A model generated the notes under the pieces. It saw nothing but the letters and a program-made list of their open reading frames with translations. It was not told where the DNA came from and did not search any database. A program made the position numbers and the translations under genes. Shown one piece after another: positions 1 through 11,672 of a stretch of 31,510 bases of DNA. Position 1 is the first letter of the stretch. Each line of letters starts with the position of its first letter. Where the stretch lies: the NCBI GenBank assembly GCA_002189035.1, contig NEEC01000210.1, positions 1-31,510 on the forward strand. Direction: 5' to 3'. This stretch comes from Utricularia gibba. Lineage: Eukaryota; Plantae; Magnoliophyta.

Positions 1-308
1 GAAACAACAGCAGCGTACGCCATATGCCCGATTTCTCTCACTGGAAGAAACACCCACAAGTGTTGTTACGGTCGACTATATAAATCGCAGGTGATATTCG
101 TTTTACACTGGAGATTTCTACAGTCATTTTGGACACGCAGAATCAAGCATGAGGTGTCTTCCACATGAACCATTGACTACAAAAAGATGGCGGAAAAAGT
201 CAAATGTTCGATAGCTACAAAAGCCAATTTTTTTACCTGACCTCGTCCAAATAATAATAATTATTATTTTATTTTTATCATTCAGGGCCTATGACAGGTA
301 AGAAAACA

Positions 309-464
309 AGGCCCAATGAAATGTTGGCCCGCCTTAATGGAGAATTGAGTGTCTTTTGAGCCTACCGACGTACCTTTTAAATGGGCCGAAAATGATGCTT
401 TCGTTTCAGGCCCATTTGGAGCTATCTATTAATAGCAAAGTGCAACGCGTTGGAATTAGGGTTT
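309..464 (+). promoter_or_regulatory. Ribosomal-protein-type promoter: site II (TCP) motifs plus telo-box
   Basis: AGGCCCA at 309 and 408, TGGGCC at 382 and TTAGGGTTT (telo-box) at 456-464, about 57 nt upstream of the RPS10 ATG. This pairing is the established layout of plant translation-machinery promoters. Confidence 0.75.
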
Positions 465-520
465 GCTGAAGTTTTGAAGCAAGCGTCTTTCGCCGGCGAC
501 TTCCGTTTGCCGCTATCACC

Positions 521-1575
521 ATGGTGAAATCTTCGTTGCATTTGCTTCCGGTTTTTTGTTCTGCGTTGATAAGGCATGTGTTTATTTAAATCTAATTGTT
601 TCAGATCATTCCTGAGAAGAACAGGAGAGAGATCTCCAAGTATCTCTTCCAAGGTGAGGTTTTTTTTTTTTTTTTTTTTGTTTCGACGCTGTGTGATTAC
701 GAATGAGGGGGGTTTGAACTGGTGTATGTGCTTGTTGCGTCTGGCGTTGGGAAATTTGATATGCAATGCTTGCGGTTGTGTGACTTCCAGAGGGTGTCTG
801 CTATGCCAAGAAGGACTTTAACCTGGCGAAGCACCCGGAAATCGATGTGCCAAATCTGCAAGTGATTAAGCTGATGCAGAGCTTCAAATCTAAAGAATAT
901 GTGCGGGAGACATTTGCTTGGATGCATTACTATTGGTACTTGACAAATGATGGCATCGAATTTCTCCGCACATACCTTAACCTTCCATCAGAGATTGTCC
1001 CCGCCACTCTCAAAAAGTCTGCTAGACCTCTCGGCCGTCCAATGGGTGGACCCCCTGGCGATCGTCCGCGGTAATACTTCGCTATTCCATTTGTTCCTGA
1101 CCGCTTTGATGTTTTTCTTAGCTGTGGTACTCCGTTCTGCTCAAGTCCCAATTCGTAATCATGCATTTCCCTCACAGTGGACCTCCAAGATTCGAGGGTG
1201 ACAGGCCTCGTTTTGGTGATCGGGATGGATACCGTGGGGTCCAAGAGGGCCACCTGGTGAATTCGGTGGTGAAAAGGGTGGAGCACCGCCGATTACCAGC
1301 CTGCATTCAGGGTAAGTTTTAGACCCGAATCTACTCTAGCATTTAACTACCTGAAACTGTTATCATTTGATATCCTGCTCATTTGTGCATACTGTGGCAA
1401 GCATGAGTGAGTAGTACTTGATTATCGTGGCCATATCCTTGTTCAGTAGTAGTTGCTTTTCTTCATGCCCGGATTGTATCTCCAAATTGTGCATTTCAGG
1501 GAGCCGGCAGTCGTCCTGGCTTCGGTCGAGGATCCGGCGGCAGCTTCGGCGGCCACCCCCAAGTTAGCTTCATAA
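521..1575 (+). CDS. RPS10: 40S ribosomal protein S10 (eS10), 5 exons
   Basis: Exons 521-523 (ATG only), 605-653, 791-1070, 1178-1311 and 1500-~1575, all with GT-AG introns. Translation [83 protein letters not shown]... with an RG/G-rich tail. Two 1-nt deletions in exon 4 (~1236, ~1287) shift the tail frame, and the exact stop is uncertain. Confidence 0.95.
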
Positions 1576-1955
1576 ATCTCAGTGCATGCCGTCTTCTCGG
1601 ATGCTGTGCTTCCTTTGGATGGGCATTTCGAATTGAATTGTTTTCTACTTAAGACACTTCGTGGACCTTTTTTGATGCTTCGCTTGATTGGCTGCCAAGT
1701 TCGTTTTGCACTACGTCACGTGATTAACTTTTTAAATTATTATATCAAAAATAAAGTATTTTATTTTTATTATCGTAATAAAAATAAATTGGGCCGATGG
1801 CATATTCAGCCCGTTAAAAACGGATGCGTTTTATTGTTTTACGAGCATGTGGGCCTGTTTTGGGTCCATAGCGGGCTGATCTACTATAGGCAAGGCCACG
1901 TCGTCGGAAATCGGGGTTCTCTCCGGCGACTTCTCCGTTTGCGTCCGCCGCAACG

Positions 1956-2870
1956 ATGGTGAATTCTTCGTTGCGTTTGCTTCCTGTCGTTTTCCGCGTT
2001 TACGAGATGTGTGCTGATTTTCTGAAATTTTAATTGGTTCAAATCATCGCTGAGAAGAACAGGAGAGGGATCTCCAGGTATCTCATTCCAGGTGAGATTT
2101 TCTGTTACGACGCTGTGTAATGATGAATGTGCGGGTTTGGAATGTTGTATGTGTTTGCTCCATCTTACCTTTGTGAAAATTTGATATGCGGTTGTGTAAC
2201 TTTAGAGGGCGTTTGCTATGGCAAGAAGGACTTTGACCTGGCGAAGCGTCCAGATATCGATGTGCCAAATCTGCAAGCTATTCACTGATGCAGAGCTTCA
2301 TGTTTAAGGAGTATCCATGCGAGAGTTTTCCTTGGATGCATTACTATTGGTACTTAACCAATGATGGAATCAAGTTTCTCCGGACATACCTTAACTTCCA
2401 TGGGAAATTGTTCCCGTTACTGACTGATAAGGTTTTCCAGGCATCTCGGGTGTCCAATGGATGGACCTCACCCCCTGAGGATCGTCCATGGTAATAGTTT
2501 GTTCTTCCACTTATTTTTCGTTTATCTACAGTCCTCCGTTCTGCTCGAATATCTAGTGTTCCATGTGGCGATTCCCAACATTAATGTTACATACAGTGGT
2601 TTTCATTTCTTTCACAGTGGACCTCCAAGATTCTTGGTGACAGGCCTCGGGATGGATGCCGCACCAACCTGCGTTCAGGGTAAGTTTACGCATTCGGGAT
2701 TTACATGGTTGAAAGTTGGATCATATGAACCTTAGTCTTTCACTTGTACCCTTGTGTATACCCTTTTATAATCTAGACTGTGCATTTGCGCGGCGCTTGC
2801 AGCCCTCCTGGCTTCTGTTGAGGATCTGGTGGCAGCTTTGGCGGTGCACCCCACCCCGAGCTTAACCCAC
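1956..2870 (+). pseudogene. RPS10: Tandem RPS10 pseudogene (unprocessed duplicate)
   Basis: Same exon/intron layout displaced by ~1435 nt (ATG-GT at 1956). The intron-1 acceptor AG is replaced by AA (2041-2042), exons 2-3 are frameshifted, exon 4 has two internal deletions (~11 and ~60 nt) and the last acceptor is lost. Confidence 0.9.
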
Positions 2871-3287
2871 ATGAGTGAATGTCGCCGTCTCCGATGCTGC
2901 CTTGTTTTGCATGGGAATCCTCTTCAAATTAATACAGTTTTGGGGTAGGACTTTTCTTGATTGGTCCCCTGTTGTCTCCGCGTTTTTGCTGCGTTAATAA
3001 ATGGGGAGACCGAGTTGGTGGATGTTGCAGGTTTAGTTCATCTAATGCTGGAAGCGAATAAATGCGTATTGATCGTAGTTGCTCGGAGAAATTGAAGAAA
3101 GAATGATGATCAAAAACTGAGAAGCCGACACTTGCAACCAGAGATCGCAATCCACCACCCCCAACATTTATGAAGACATAAAAGGATCGCAACTTCCAAC
3201 AGCTGCACATTTATTGACACGACTAACAGGTACAGCAGAAATACGCTGACTCTGCAACTTGGAGCATGAATGTTGTTTTCCTCAGGA

Positions 3288-4407
3288 TCAGCCGGACCGG
3301 AGTTTCTCCGCCATCAGAACCGAGAACCGCGGGCTTGAGAAGGAGCCGTTGAGAAACGATTCCGCTAGTACTCTGTTCATGGCCTCTGTAAAATGTGCGC
3401 CATCCCAGTTGATGTATTCCGACGGGGCGGAGCAGGCGGTGGACGACGGCGTCCCGCAGACGTTAAGAACATCGAAGTTGTACCCGCCGCCGTACCCGCA
3501 ACAGGCTTTATACATCTCTTTGAACCCGAAGCCCTTGCTCTTCTTCAGGACAGCGAGGTGGGCATTGTAGAAGTCGACGTACACGATCATGGTTCCCGGA
3601 TTCCGCCTTCTCAGCTCCACGATAGACGCCTTCGTGGCGGCGTTGTGAACCCTGATCCTCCGGTTCGCCGACGCCACGCAGCCCATCTCGTCCCTGTCTC
3701 CGGCGAAGCGATGGAGAAAGAGTACGTGACGCAGCCCACCGGCGGCAGACCCTGAACCGCTATGTACCTTGCTCCCTTGTTGATCAGCGCCTGTATGAAG
3801 CTGCCGACGCTGTCTACAGCAAGGGATCTTATAGTTGCAGTTCCGATGGAAGATCCGATGGCCGAAGTGTAGTCATTGGCTCCATTTCGCCGATCCAAAT
3901 GAAAGCATCACCGAGCGACTCTTCACATGCCTCAGGGGTGGTGACTGAGTCGTCACAGCCATCGGAATTCTTCAAGGTTCTATTGAACCACATGAGCTGC
4001 GTTTCGAGTGACACGGGAACAAGGCTGAAGGTAATATTATTCTCTAGAAAATAACCGTGCCTGATGGCGGTGGCTCCGGCGACGGCAAAACAAATGCCGT
4101 GCGCCCTATCGGCGCTGGAGTCCCTGTACGGCGGCAGCAGGGGAAGGGAGAGGTGCTCGGCTACGAAGTCGACGACGATACGGCCATCGGAGTACCGATT
4201 GGTGGGGCGATGGAAGTACGTAAGTCCATAAGGAGGGTTGGATACGTAGTTGAAAACGAGAGGACCGGAGGAGGTACGTGTGTTTCCGGTATCTGTATAC
4301 GAGTCGCCGAAGGCGTAAACTTTCTTAAAAGGCCGCCCCTGTGCTCGGCGGCCGCCGGAGACGCTACAAGGAAGAGCAACCACAAAAACCCTGGCGATTG
4401 CAGCCAT
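3288..4407 (-). CDS. GDSL esterase/lipase (At3g48460-like), intronless, with apparent frameshifts
   Basis: Block I FGDSYTDTGN, YSDGRIVVDF, block II FAVAGATA, block III WIGE(I)GANDY and block V INWDGAHFTEA (catalytic D..H) lie in three consecutive frames. They are joined by 1-nt deletions at ~3884 and ~3699; 1120+2 nt gives 374 codons. Confidence 0.92.
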
Positions 4408-4901
4408 TGTTGCAGGCAAACCAGAGCTCTGTGGTTCGTATCACCCCTCCAATCTTCGTCCTATAAATAACCATATGGTTAGATAAATAACTCCCAACTG
4501 CCAAATGAGTCATTATTATTATTACCCCATGAACAAGTCAAGCCGAGAACTGCATTTTTTTATAATATCTTGAAATGGAATTCAATTCATTATTTTATTT
4601 ATTCATGATTCTGAATTAATTTAATTTTTTAAAATTTTAATTTTTTTTAAAAATTATTGCATTGAATCCAAAAAAATCAATGGTTGGATGAGTGTATGCT
4701 GATGCATGTATGTTTGCATGCCAGGTGTTGACAAGCGGCATTTCAGTTTCAGAAATATAATATCTTGTTACAGAGGTGAAGATGCAAAATCACTGGGAGT
4801 ACGGAACAACAGATCTGACAAGAGGAAAACAAAAGCACAGCACCATCCACACTGGCGCAACATGCGCCTTTGAGACTCTACCTTTCATTCCATGCCCATC
4901 T

Positions 4902-6791
4902 TCATTCTCCGGAGGCGGTGTCGGAGGTTAAGGAATGGTCGTAGGTGCAGCTCAGCCCGTACTTGCAGATGCCATGCCGGTAGTAGTGTGTGCAGACCGG
5001 TTGACCCTGCAAAGTGAACCAGAAACGGATTTGAATGTGAATGTTATGTACTTACAGAACTGTTTCTTGTATTAGCTATGGATGTACGAGGCAGCAACAA
5101 ACTTACGGGTCGAATGGGGAGGCCTTTGTCGTTGAGGGCAGGAGCATCTGCACCTGCTGCATTCATCTGGGCCTGAAGGTGGTGTTACTGCTGGAAGGTG
5201 CATCCCTCTTCGTCTTGGGCTTGTAGGTTAGGTTCTTGGGATGATGAAACTTGCAAGCAGACTTGAACTTGCAGTCTCCCGTTTTAACGAAGAAGCTGCA
5301 CTCTGGTTCACCCGGACGCTCAGGGTACTCCTCAACTGACGTATTATGTTGCTTCTGCATTGGGATAAAACAGCTTATCAGTTAAATGTAGGGATAACTT
5401 CATGCATTAGGATACATATGGAATCTTGCAAACATTACCTTCTTCTCAGTGCACTCTGATGATGAACTAGTTTGACCTTGGTTTTGGTCAGGTGGAGAAA
5501 CGGGGAGTTCTAATTAATATGGCCATGCTAAAAAACATAAGCAATGGGTGATCAAGGAACAAACAAAGGCTTTCTTACTTCCCAGTTCTGGTTTCACGCG
5601 GGCTGCTTGAGGGGCGCTATTGCTGGATGCTGAGGAACCTCTTGCTCCTGCGGCAAGCTCAGGATGATCGAACTTGCAGTTCATCCCAAACTTGCATGAA
5701 CCAGTACTCATATAGTATGCACACTCTGCTTCTATCTGAGGATAATGGTAATAAAAAAAAAACAGTTAAGAAACACACACAGGCGCTTGGAAAAATCTTA
5801 GCGAAACGGAAAAGGGTTATAACTGGGCGAATGGGATATCCAGAGGAGTTCAACTCAGTAATCTGTGACTGTGGCGCAACACTTTTATCAGAACCATGAG
5901 AGTATCTGCATCCTTCCCCATGTTTGCACCAGCCTGTCCTGGAGAAGAACTGCAAAAAGGACAATGTATAACAAAAGGAGGTATGCAATTATAATCTGGA
6001 ACAGCAGAATTCAGTATATACACAGTGCAAGAAAATGTTTGGAAATCTCAGGATTCCAGCAAACACATTCAGCTTGACAAATCGAAAAACATATCACGAT
6101 CTAGAGGGGAAATGAAGAACCTTGCACAGCTCTTTTTCCCCTGTCTTCTCCGGATTATCTCGGTACCTTCGCCCTTCATTAGCAAACTGAAGAATCATAA
6201 AAATTGACAGGGTAAAGTTTCTGTTCCATTTTTGAGTAAAATGAAGGTTTAGATTGACAGGGAGGGACCTGATTCTTTCTGGGTGGATGATTAAACCTGC
6301 AACTCGACCCAAATTTACAAGTCCCTGCCTTCATATAAAATGCGCAATTCTGGGCGCCCTCCCTGACCGGATATGTGGTTCCTTCTCCATTATATTCATG
6401 ATCTCCAGATTCGTTTGGTGTATTTACCTCATTCCACTGGTTATCCCGCCCCCTCATTCCACTGGTTATCACCCCCCCTCATTCCACTGATTATCAACCG
6501 TCCCTCATTTTGGTATCCATAATTTTCACCTCTGCACCCATTAGGATCATCATCCCAACCCCAAACGCCGTCAGCACTCACTCCTTGATCGGCTGTCTGA
6601 GTTTCAGACTTCTTGATAGCCAGATCTTGCAACTCCCTCATAATCGAACCTCGCAAGTCCTTGTCATCGCGAGAATCATCCTCACTCTGTTTCCCAGCAT
6701 CCGCCACCTCGATCGAAGGGGCGTCATTCTCCACCACTTTGTTACGCTGAAATGAGCGCTGGAGTTCAAAAAAGTGATGGATCAGCTCCAT
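4902..6791 (-). CDS. Tandem CCCH zinc-finger protein (five C-x8-C-x5-C-x3-H fingers; AtC3H43/C3H67-like)
   Basis: Exons ~6269-6791, 6121-6186, 5824-5949, 5579-5735, (~5439-5510, uncertain), 5107-5354 and 4902-5006. Fingers: [100 protein letters not shown], several led in by YP(V/I/E)R(P)-type motifs. Apparent frameshifts at ~6445-6505 and ~5183. Confidence 0.9.
6428..6510 (-). repeat. Coding tandem repeat, ~3 copies of a 25-26 nt unit (NEG-x-x-DNQW)
   Basis: CTCATTCCACTG(G/A)TTATC recurs at 6428, 6453 and 6478, with a partial copy at 6504, inside exon 1 of the CCCH gene. Confidence 0.85.
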
Positions 6792-7441
6792 CGGACCTCA
6801 ACGGCCCGGATCGCCAAACTCAAATCCCCCAATTCTTCAAGATTTTCTCGAGACAGATCGATGACTGGGATGGAGAAAATCCACCTTGACAGCGCCCCCC
6901 ATTCGTTGAAACCCCTCCCATTCCCAAACAAAACCCTATTTTCTCTCTCTTTTTTCCGCCTATTTTTGGGCTCTGAAAAGAAAATGCCGCATTTCCTTTT
7001 TTATCAAATAAATAAAAAATACTCTAAAATACAACCATATAATTATTAATATTTTTTCAGAATATTAAATTTAAAAAATAAAACTTAATTCAGAAAGAAT
7101 ATTACTTAAAATGTGTGTGGAAAATACCTCATTCATGGTACGATTTTATTACATTGAAATGGAAACGCGCATTTTGTGGCGTTGAAACATCTCCTCCTTT
7201 CAGCAGTTTCATCTCATTCTTCGCATTCGCAGGTTCCCTTTCCTCCATCTCCGCCACAGGGAGCCTCTGTAAGTGTACGCTTTCGAAACCTTGCCGTTTC
7301 ATTTCATTTGATGCTTCTGCTGGATTAACTGCTCTGCTTTCTGCCATATTCGGGTGCTTTTGTCTGTTTGTTTCTGTGAGTTTATGGGGTTTCCCTGCAC
7401 TGCAGATGCTCGGGCACAGCCACTCCGAACCCAGATCCGGG

Positions 7442-8100
7442 ATGAATGATCTGTTGGGGTTGCTTCGAATTCGAGTGAAAAGAGGAGTCAATCTCGCCGT
7501 TCGTGATATGAACAGCAGCGACCCTTATGTTGTCGTCAAGATGGAAAAACAGGTATCCCTTCGTTTTTCCGGCCCATGAACTCCGGTGGATTAAGCACCC
7601 ACTGAACTTGGAATTCCGATGGCTGCAGAGGCTCAAGACTCGGGTCATCAGAAAGGATACGAACCCAGAATGGAACGAGGATCTGACACTCTCGGTATCA
7701 GACCCTTCTCATCCCGTTTTCCTGGTGACACTTCCCTTCACTGATCTTACAAAGGAATCTCCATTACTGTGGTTGAGGACCCCCCAGTGAATCAAAACAC
7801 ATGTCGCAGACGGTGTACGATCACGACACCTTCACCATGGACGATAAGATGGGCGAAGCGCAGTTCGACATCGCGCCCTTCATGGAGGCCCTGAAAATGC
7901 ACCCCAATGGCTTACCCAACGGCACCGTCATCACGAGGATCCAGCCGTCGCGGTCCAACTGCCTCGCCGAGGAAAGCGCCGTCGTGTGGAAAGACGGTAG
8001 GGTGCTTCAGGACCTCTGCCTCCGACTCAGGAACGTAGAGACCGGCGAAGTTGAGATTCAGCTCCAGTGGATCGACCTTCCCGGTGCCAACAAAGCCTAA
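7442..8100 (+). CDS. CAR: C2-domain ABA-related (CAR) family protein, 165 aa
   Basis: Exons 7442-7552, 7629-7724 and 7810-8100 join in frame. MNDLLGLLRIRVKRGVNLAVRDMNSSDPYVVV...NPEWNEDLTL...VYDHDTFTMDDKMG...LRLRNVETGEVEIQLQWIDLPG; the Ca2+-binding Asp residues are present. Confidence 0.93.
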
Positions 8101-8662
8101 TTTCCTCATTTATTTTTTAATTCATTAATCATACGTGTTTTTTTCATTTACAAAATTATTAAAAATCATTTTTACCCTAAAATATAAAAAAAAAATCAGT
8201 AATATTCCCCATTTTTTATTGACGTCATTAATTTTTTTATAAAATTAATACAACAATATTGTATTAATTTAGAGGGAAGCGTCGGAGTGGGGCCCAAAAA
8301 GCAACTAAAGAATCTAGCGGGGCCCACGAGAGGGCTTTTGCCAGTCAGAGTGCATTTAATTTTGAATAAAGAGTGTATACTTGGAAAGGGCTTTGACTCG
8401 CCTTCCGAGAATGCTAAAAGTTCCTCCCACAACATCCCACCAGTCGTATGCTACTTTTAGAATTTAATTTTAAATAAATAATATAAGGAAAGTATTTTTT
8501 TTTCACTAGCCGTACAAGGGGTGAGGGAGGGAGGAGAGGGAAAGCAGGAGCAGGGTGTGGTTTGAGTTTGAATGTGGAGTCGCCTTGAAAAGGGACACGC
8601 TACGCTAATCTCAGGAGTGTTTTTTCAGTCAGTGTTGTTGGCTTTTCATTATCGTTATTGCA

Positions 8663-9766
8663 ATGGAGTTTGGAGCAGTGAGGCCTCTTCTTCCCTGCCT
8701 CCGTCTCGCCGTTTTCGTCTTCCTAATCTCAGGTACATTTCTGTGGGAAGACTCAGGAACTTGGAAATCTGGAGGTCCCTGTTTTTAGATTTTGCTCTCC
8801 GCTTTGCTGTTTTCACAGTTCAGGTGTCGGGTACGGCGATGACTCTGTACAACAAATGCAGCTACCCCGTGTGGCCAGGCATTCAACCCAGCAGTGGGAA
8901 GCCGATACTGGCCAAGGGAGGATTTGAGTTGCTTCCGAATAGGGGGTACACGTTGGAGCTACCTCCGGGGTGGTCTGGCCGCCTCTGGGGCCGACACGGC
9001 TGCTCCTTCAACGCCCAAGGCCGCGGAAGCTGCGCCACCGGAGACTGCGGTGGCGCCCTTTTCTGCAATGGCCTTGGGGGTGCTCCACCTGCGACTCTGG
9101 CTGAGATTACGCTTGGGAATGAGCAGGATTTCTACGATGTGAGTCTCGTGGACGGCTATAATCTTGCCATTTCCATCCAACCGTTTCATGGGTCAGGTAC
9201 ACAACGCGAAAAGCTTTAATTTTGTGGTATATTCGCGTCGCTGTTGGCCAGCCTCTATTCGTTGTCATTCATTGCTTGAAAGTGAGTTCACGAATGGTGC
9301 ATCATTGTAACCTCCTGCATTCTTCTGTTCTGATGCTGCTATTTCCTTCGTCTTCCCCGAAGAGCTTCCATCATTCCAGTTCAGTCGTCACAGCCTGTGC
9401 TTCACATTACATCGTCTCCCTTGGTCGGCGCCTTGCCTTCTGACAAATATGTTATTTATTGCAGGGAAATGCAGCTACGCAGGGTGCGTATCCGACCTCA
9501 ACGCAATGTGTCCGGTGGGGCTTCAGGTCCGGTCGTCGGATCAAAAGCGGGTGGTGGCGTGCAAGAGTGCCTGCTTCGCCTTCAACTCTCCCAAATACTG
9601 CTGCACAGGTAGCTATGGCAGCCCGCAGTCGTGCAAACCGACAGCCTACTCGAAGATTTTCAAAACCGCCTGCCCCAGAGCCTACTCATATGCCTACGAT
9701 GATCCCACCAGCATCGCTACCTGCTCTGGTGCGAGCTACCTGGTCACCTTCTGCCCTCACCATTAG
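8663..9766 (+). CDS. Thaumatin-like (PR-5 family) protein, 249 aa, with signal peptide
   Basis: Exons 8663-8732, 8819-9196 and 9465-9766 sum to 750 nt. Hydrophobic leader [23 protein letters not shown]; motifs [39 protein letters not shown] and [12 protein letters not shown]. Confidence 0.95.
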
Positions 9767-10049
9767 ACCAGGAGGATCTGTATCTTCTGGTTCTGCCCAA
9801 TGATGTATTGTGAGTTGGTAGGGATGAACTTTGGAGCTTTTATTCTGCTGAACTGGTTATGTTTTTGGTACAAGGAACTTTCATGATCTCTGGTTCACGT
9901 AAAGGAGCGGTAGTTTTCTTCTAGGAGAAAGCAAGGAACCAACACACAAGCTACAAACCAGGTGTGAAAACCAGAACAATGACAACAAAAAAATAAAAAA
10001 GTCACCCGCGACGTGATACAGGGAGTAGGGCAGCAACTGTAATGTGGAT

Positions 10050-11231
10050 TCAGTCCTGGGGGTTCTCCCATTTGAGAGGCTTAACTATCTCCCAGGTGAA
10101 GTCGGGGTCATCCCTACCAAAATGGCCATAGGCTGCTGTCTTCAGGAACCTTGAATTGCCGCCCCTCTTCAGATCGAGGTTGATTGAGATCATACCAGGC
10201 CGAAAATCGAAGTTTTCCTTGACAATCTTCAGAATCTCCTTATCTGGGATCTTCCCTGTTTTGTAGGTGTCAACAAAAACAGATAATGGCTCAGGCACAC
10301 CAATGGCATACGACACTTGAACGATGCAACGACGAGCAAGGCCATTGGCTACAATGCTCTTTGCAGCTTGTCTGACGATGTATGCACCACTGCGGTCAAC
10401 CTTAGTAGGGTCCTTGCCTGAGAAAGCACCGCCACCGTGGGCACCCCAGCCACCATAGGTGTCAATAATGATCTTCCGGCCGGTGAGACCTGCATCACCA
10501 TGAGGTCCACCAATGACAAACCGGCCGGAGGGGTTGAGGTGGAAGATTGTTTTCTCATCAAGGTATTTCTCCGGGATGACGGGCTTGATGACATGCTCTT
10601 TCAGATCCCTGGCGATCTCATCGTTGGTGACGGTCTCATCATGCTGAGTTGAGATCAAGATTGTGTGGACTCGAACAGGAACCATGGCTCCATTGTCATT
10701 GTAGTACTCCACAGTCACCTGGGTTTTCCCATCAGGCCTCAACCAGGCGCAAGTTCCATTCTTGCGCACTTCAGTGAGACGGGCGCCTAATTTGGTAGCA
10801 AGCACATGGCTCAGGGGCATGTACTCCGGGGTTTCATCAGTGGCGTAGCCAAACATGTGGCCTTGATCACCAGCTCCAATCTCCTCTGGACGCTTAGTCA
10901 AGTGACCATGGACACCTTGAGCGATATCAGGGCTCTGCTGCTCAATGTTGACAAGAACCTTGCATTTATCAGCATCGAGACCAACATCATCAGACGTAAA
11001 TCCGATGCCACGGCATGTGTCTCTCACGATTTTCTCATAATCGATCTTGGCCTTAGTTGTGATCTCACCAAAAACCATGACAAGGTTGGTCTTGGTGCAA
11101 GTCTCACATGCAACCTTACTTTCGGGGTCCTGTTCCAGGCAAGCATCAAGCACTGCATCAGAGATCTGATCACAGAGCTTGTCGGGGTGTCCCTCGTTCA
11201 CGGACTCAGAGGTGAACAAGAAGGTCTCCAT
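10050..11231 (-). CDS. SAMS: S-adenosylmethionine synthetase (methionine adenosyltransferase), 393 aa, single coding exon
   Basis: Intact [21 protein letters not shown]...GAGDQG...GGGAFSGKD...TAAYGHFGR. Confidence 0.98.
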   Translation of the reverse strand: METFLFTSESVNEGHPDKLCDQISDAVLDACLEQDPESKVACETCTKTNLVMVFGEITTKAKIDYEKIVRDTCRGIGFTSDDVGLDADKCKVLVNIEQQSPDIAQGVHGHLTKRPEEIGAGDQGHMFGYATDETPEYMPLSHVLATKLGARLTEVRKNGTCAWLRPDGKTQVTVEYYNDNGAMVPVRVHTILISTQHDETVTNDEIARDLKEHVIKPVIPEKYLDEKTIFHLNPSGRFVIGGPHGDAGLTGRKIIIDTYGGWGAHGGGAFSGKDPTKVDRSGAYIVRQAAKSIVANGLARRCIVQVSYAIGVPEPLSVFVDTYKTGKIPDKEILKIVKENFDFRPGMISINLDLKRGGNSRFLKTAAYGHFGRDDPDFTWEIVKPLKWENPQD

Positions 11232-11240
11232 TTCCTTGCC

Positions 11241-11672
11241 CTGCAATGTTCAAAATCCATCATCATCAACGAACATTCTGGAACGTTAAAGGTACCAATA
11301 TTGAGAAAAGCACCAGATCAGTGGCAATAAAAGAGAAAGAATGATATTGGGCAAGGTCATGCGTAGATCCAGCACCACAGATTTCAAAAACTAAGGATCT
11401 AGCAGTTCAGCACCAGATCAGCAGCATAGTGGCAGAAGAATGTTCAAGGGACAAGGTTAAGAATATCCGTGGAATCGTTGTAGATCCATTTCAGGGTAAG
11501 ATCAGAGTCTCAACAAGTCTCATTAACGGCGGCGGGATCCGTGGATTTGACAACTGAGAAACTAGCAAACGCTATACGAAGAACAGAATCAAAAGACAAC
11601 TTCCCAGAAGGAGAATTTACCACCGACAGCGAGCTTAACCCAGAATGCAAACAGAATTTACCAGACTCATAC
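11241..11672 (-). other. SAMS: 5'-UTR (leader) intron of SAMS
   Basis: Minus-strand donor AG|GTATGA at 11672 and acceptor TTGCAG| at 11241, 9 nt before the ATG. A pyrimidine-rich leader and a TATAAG element lie near 11770. Leader introns are typical of plant SAMS genes. Confidence 0.7.

Noticed and set aside
654-2200. Intronic C/D snoRNAs in RPS10 introns
   Set aside because: An ATGATGA occurs in the pseudogene intron (~2120), but no downstream CTGA D box or terminal stem was found.
11535-11544. GGATCCGTGG, identical to the recalled 5' end of tRNA-Trp
   Set aside because: Only 10 nt, with no cloverleaf, anticodon arm or T-loop around it; a chance match in the SAMS leader intron.
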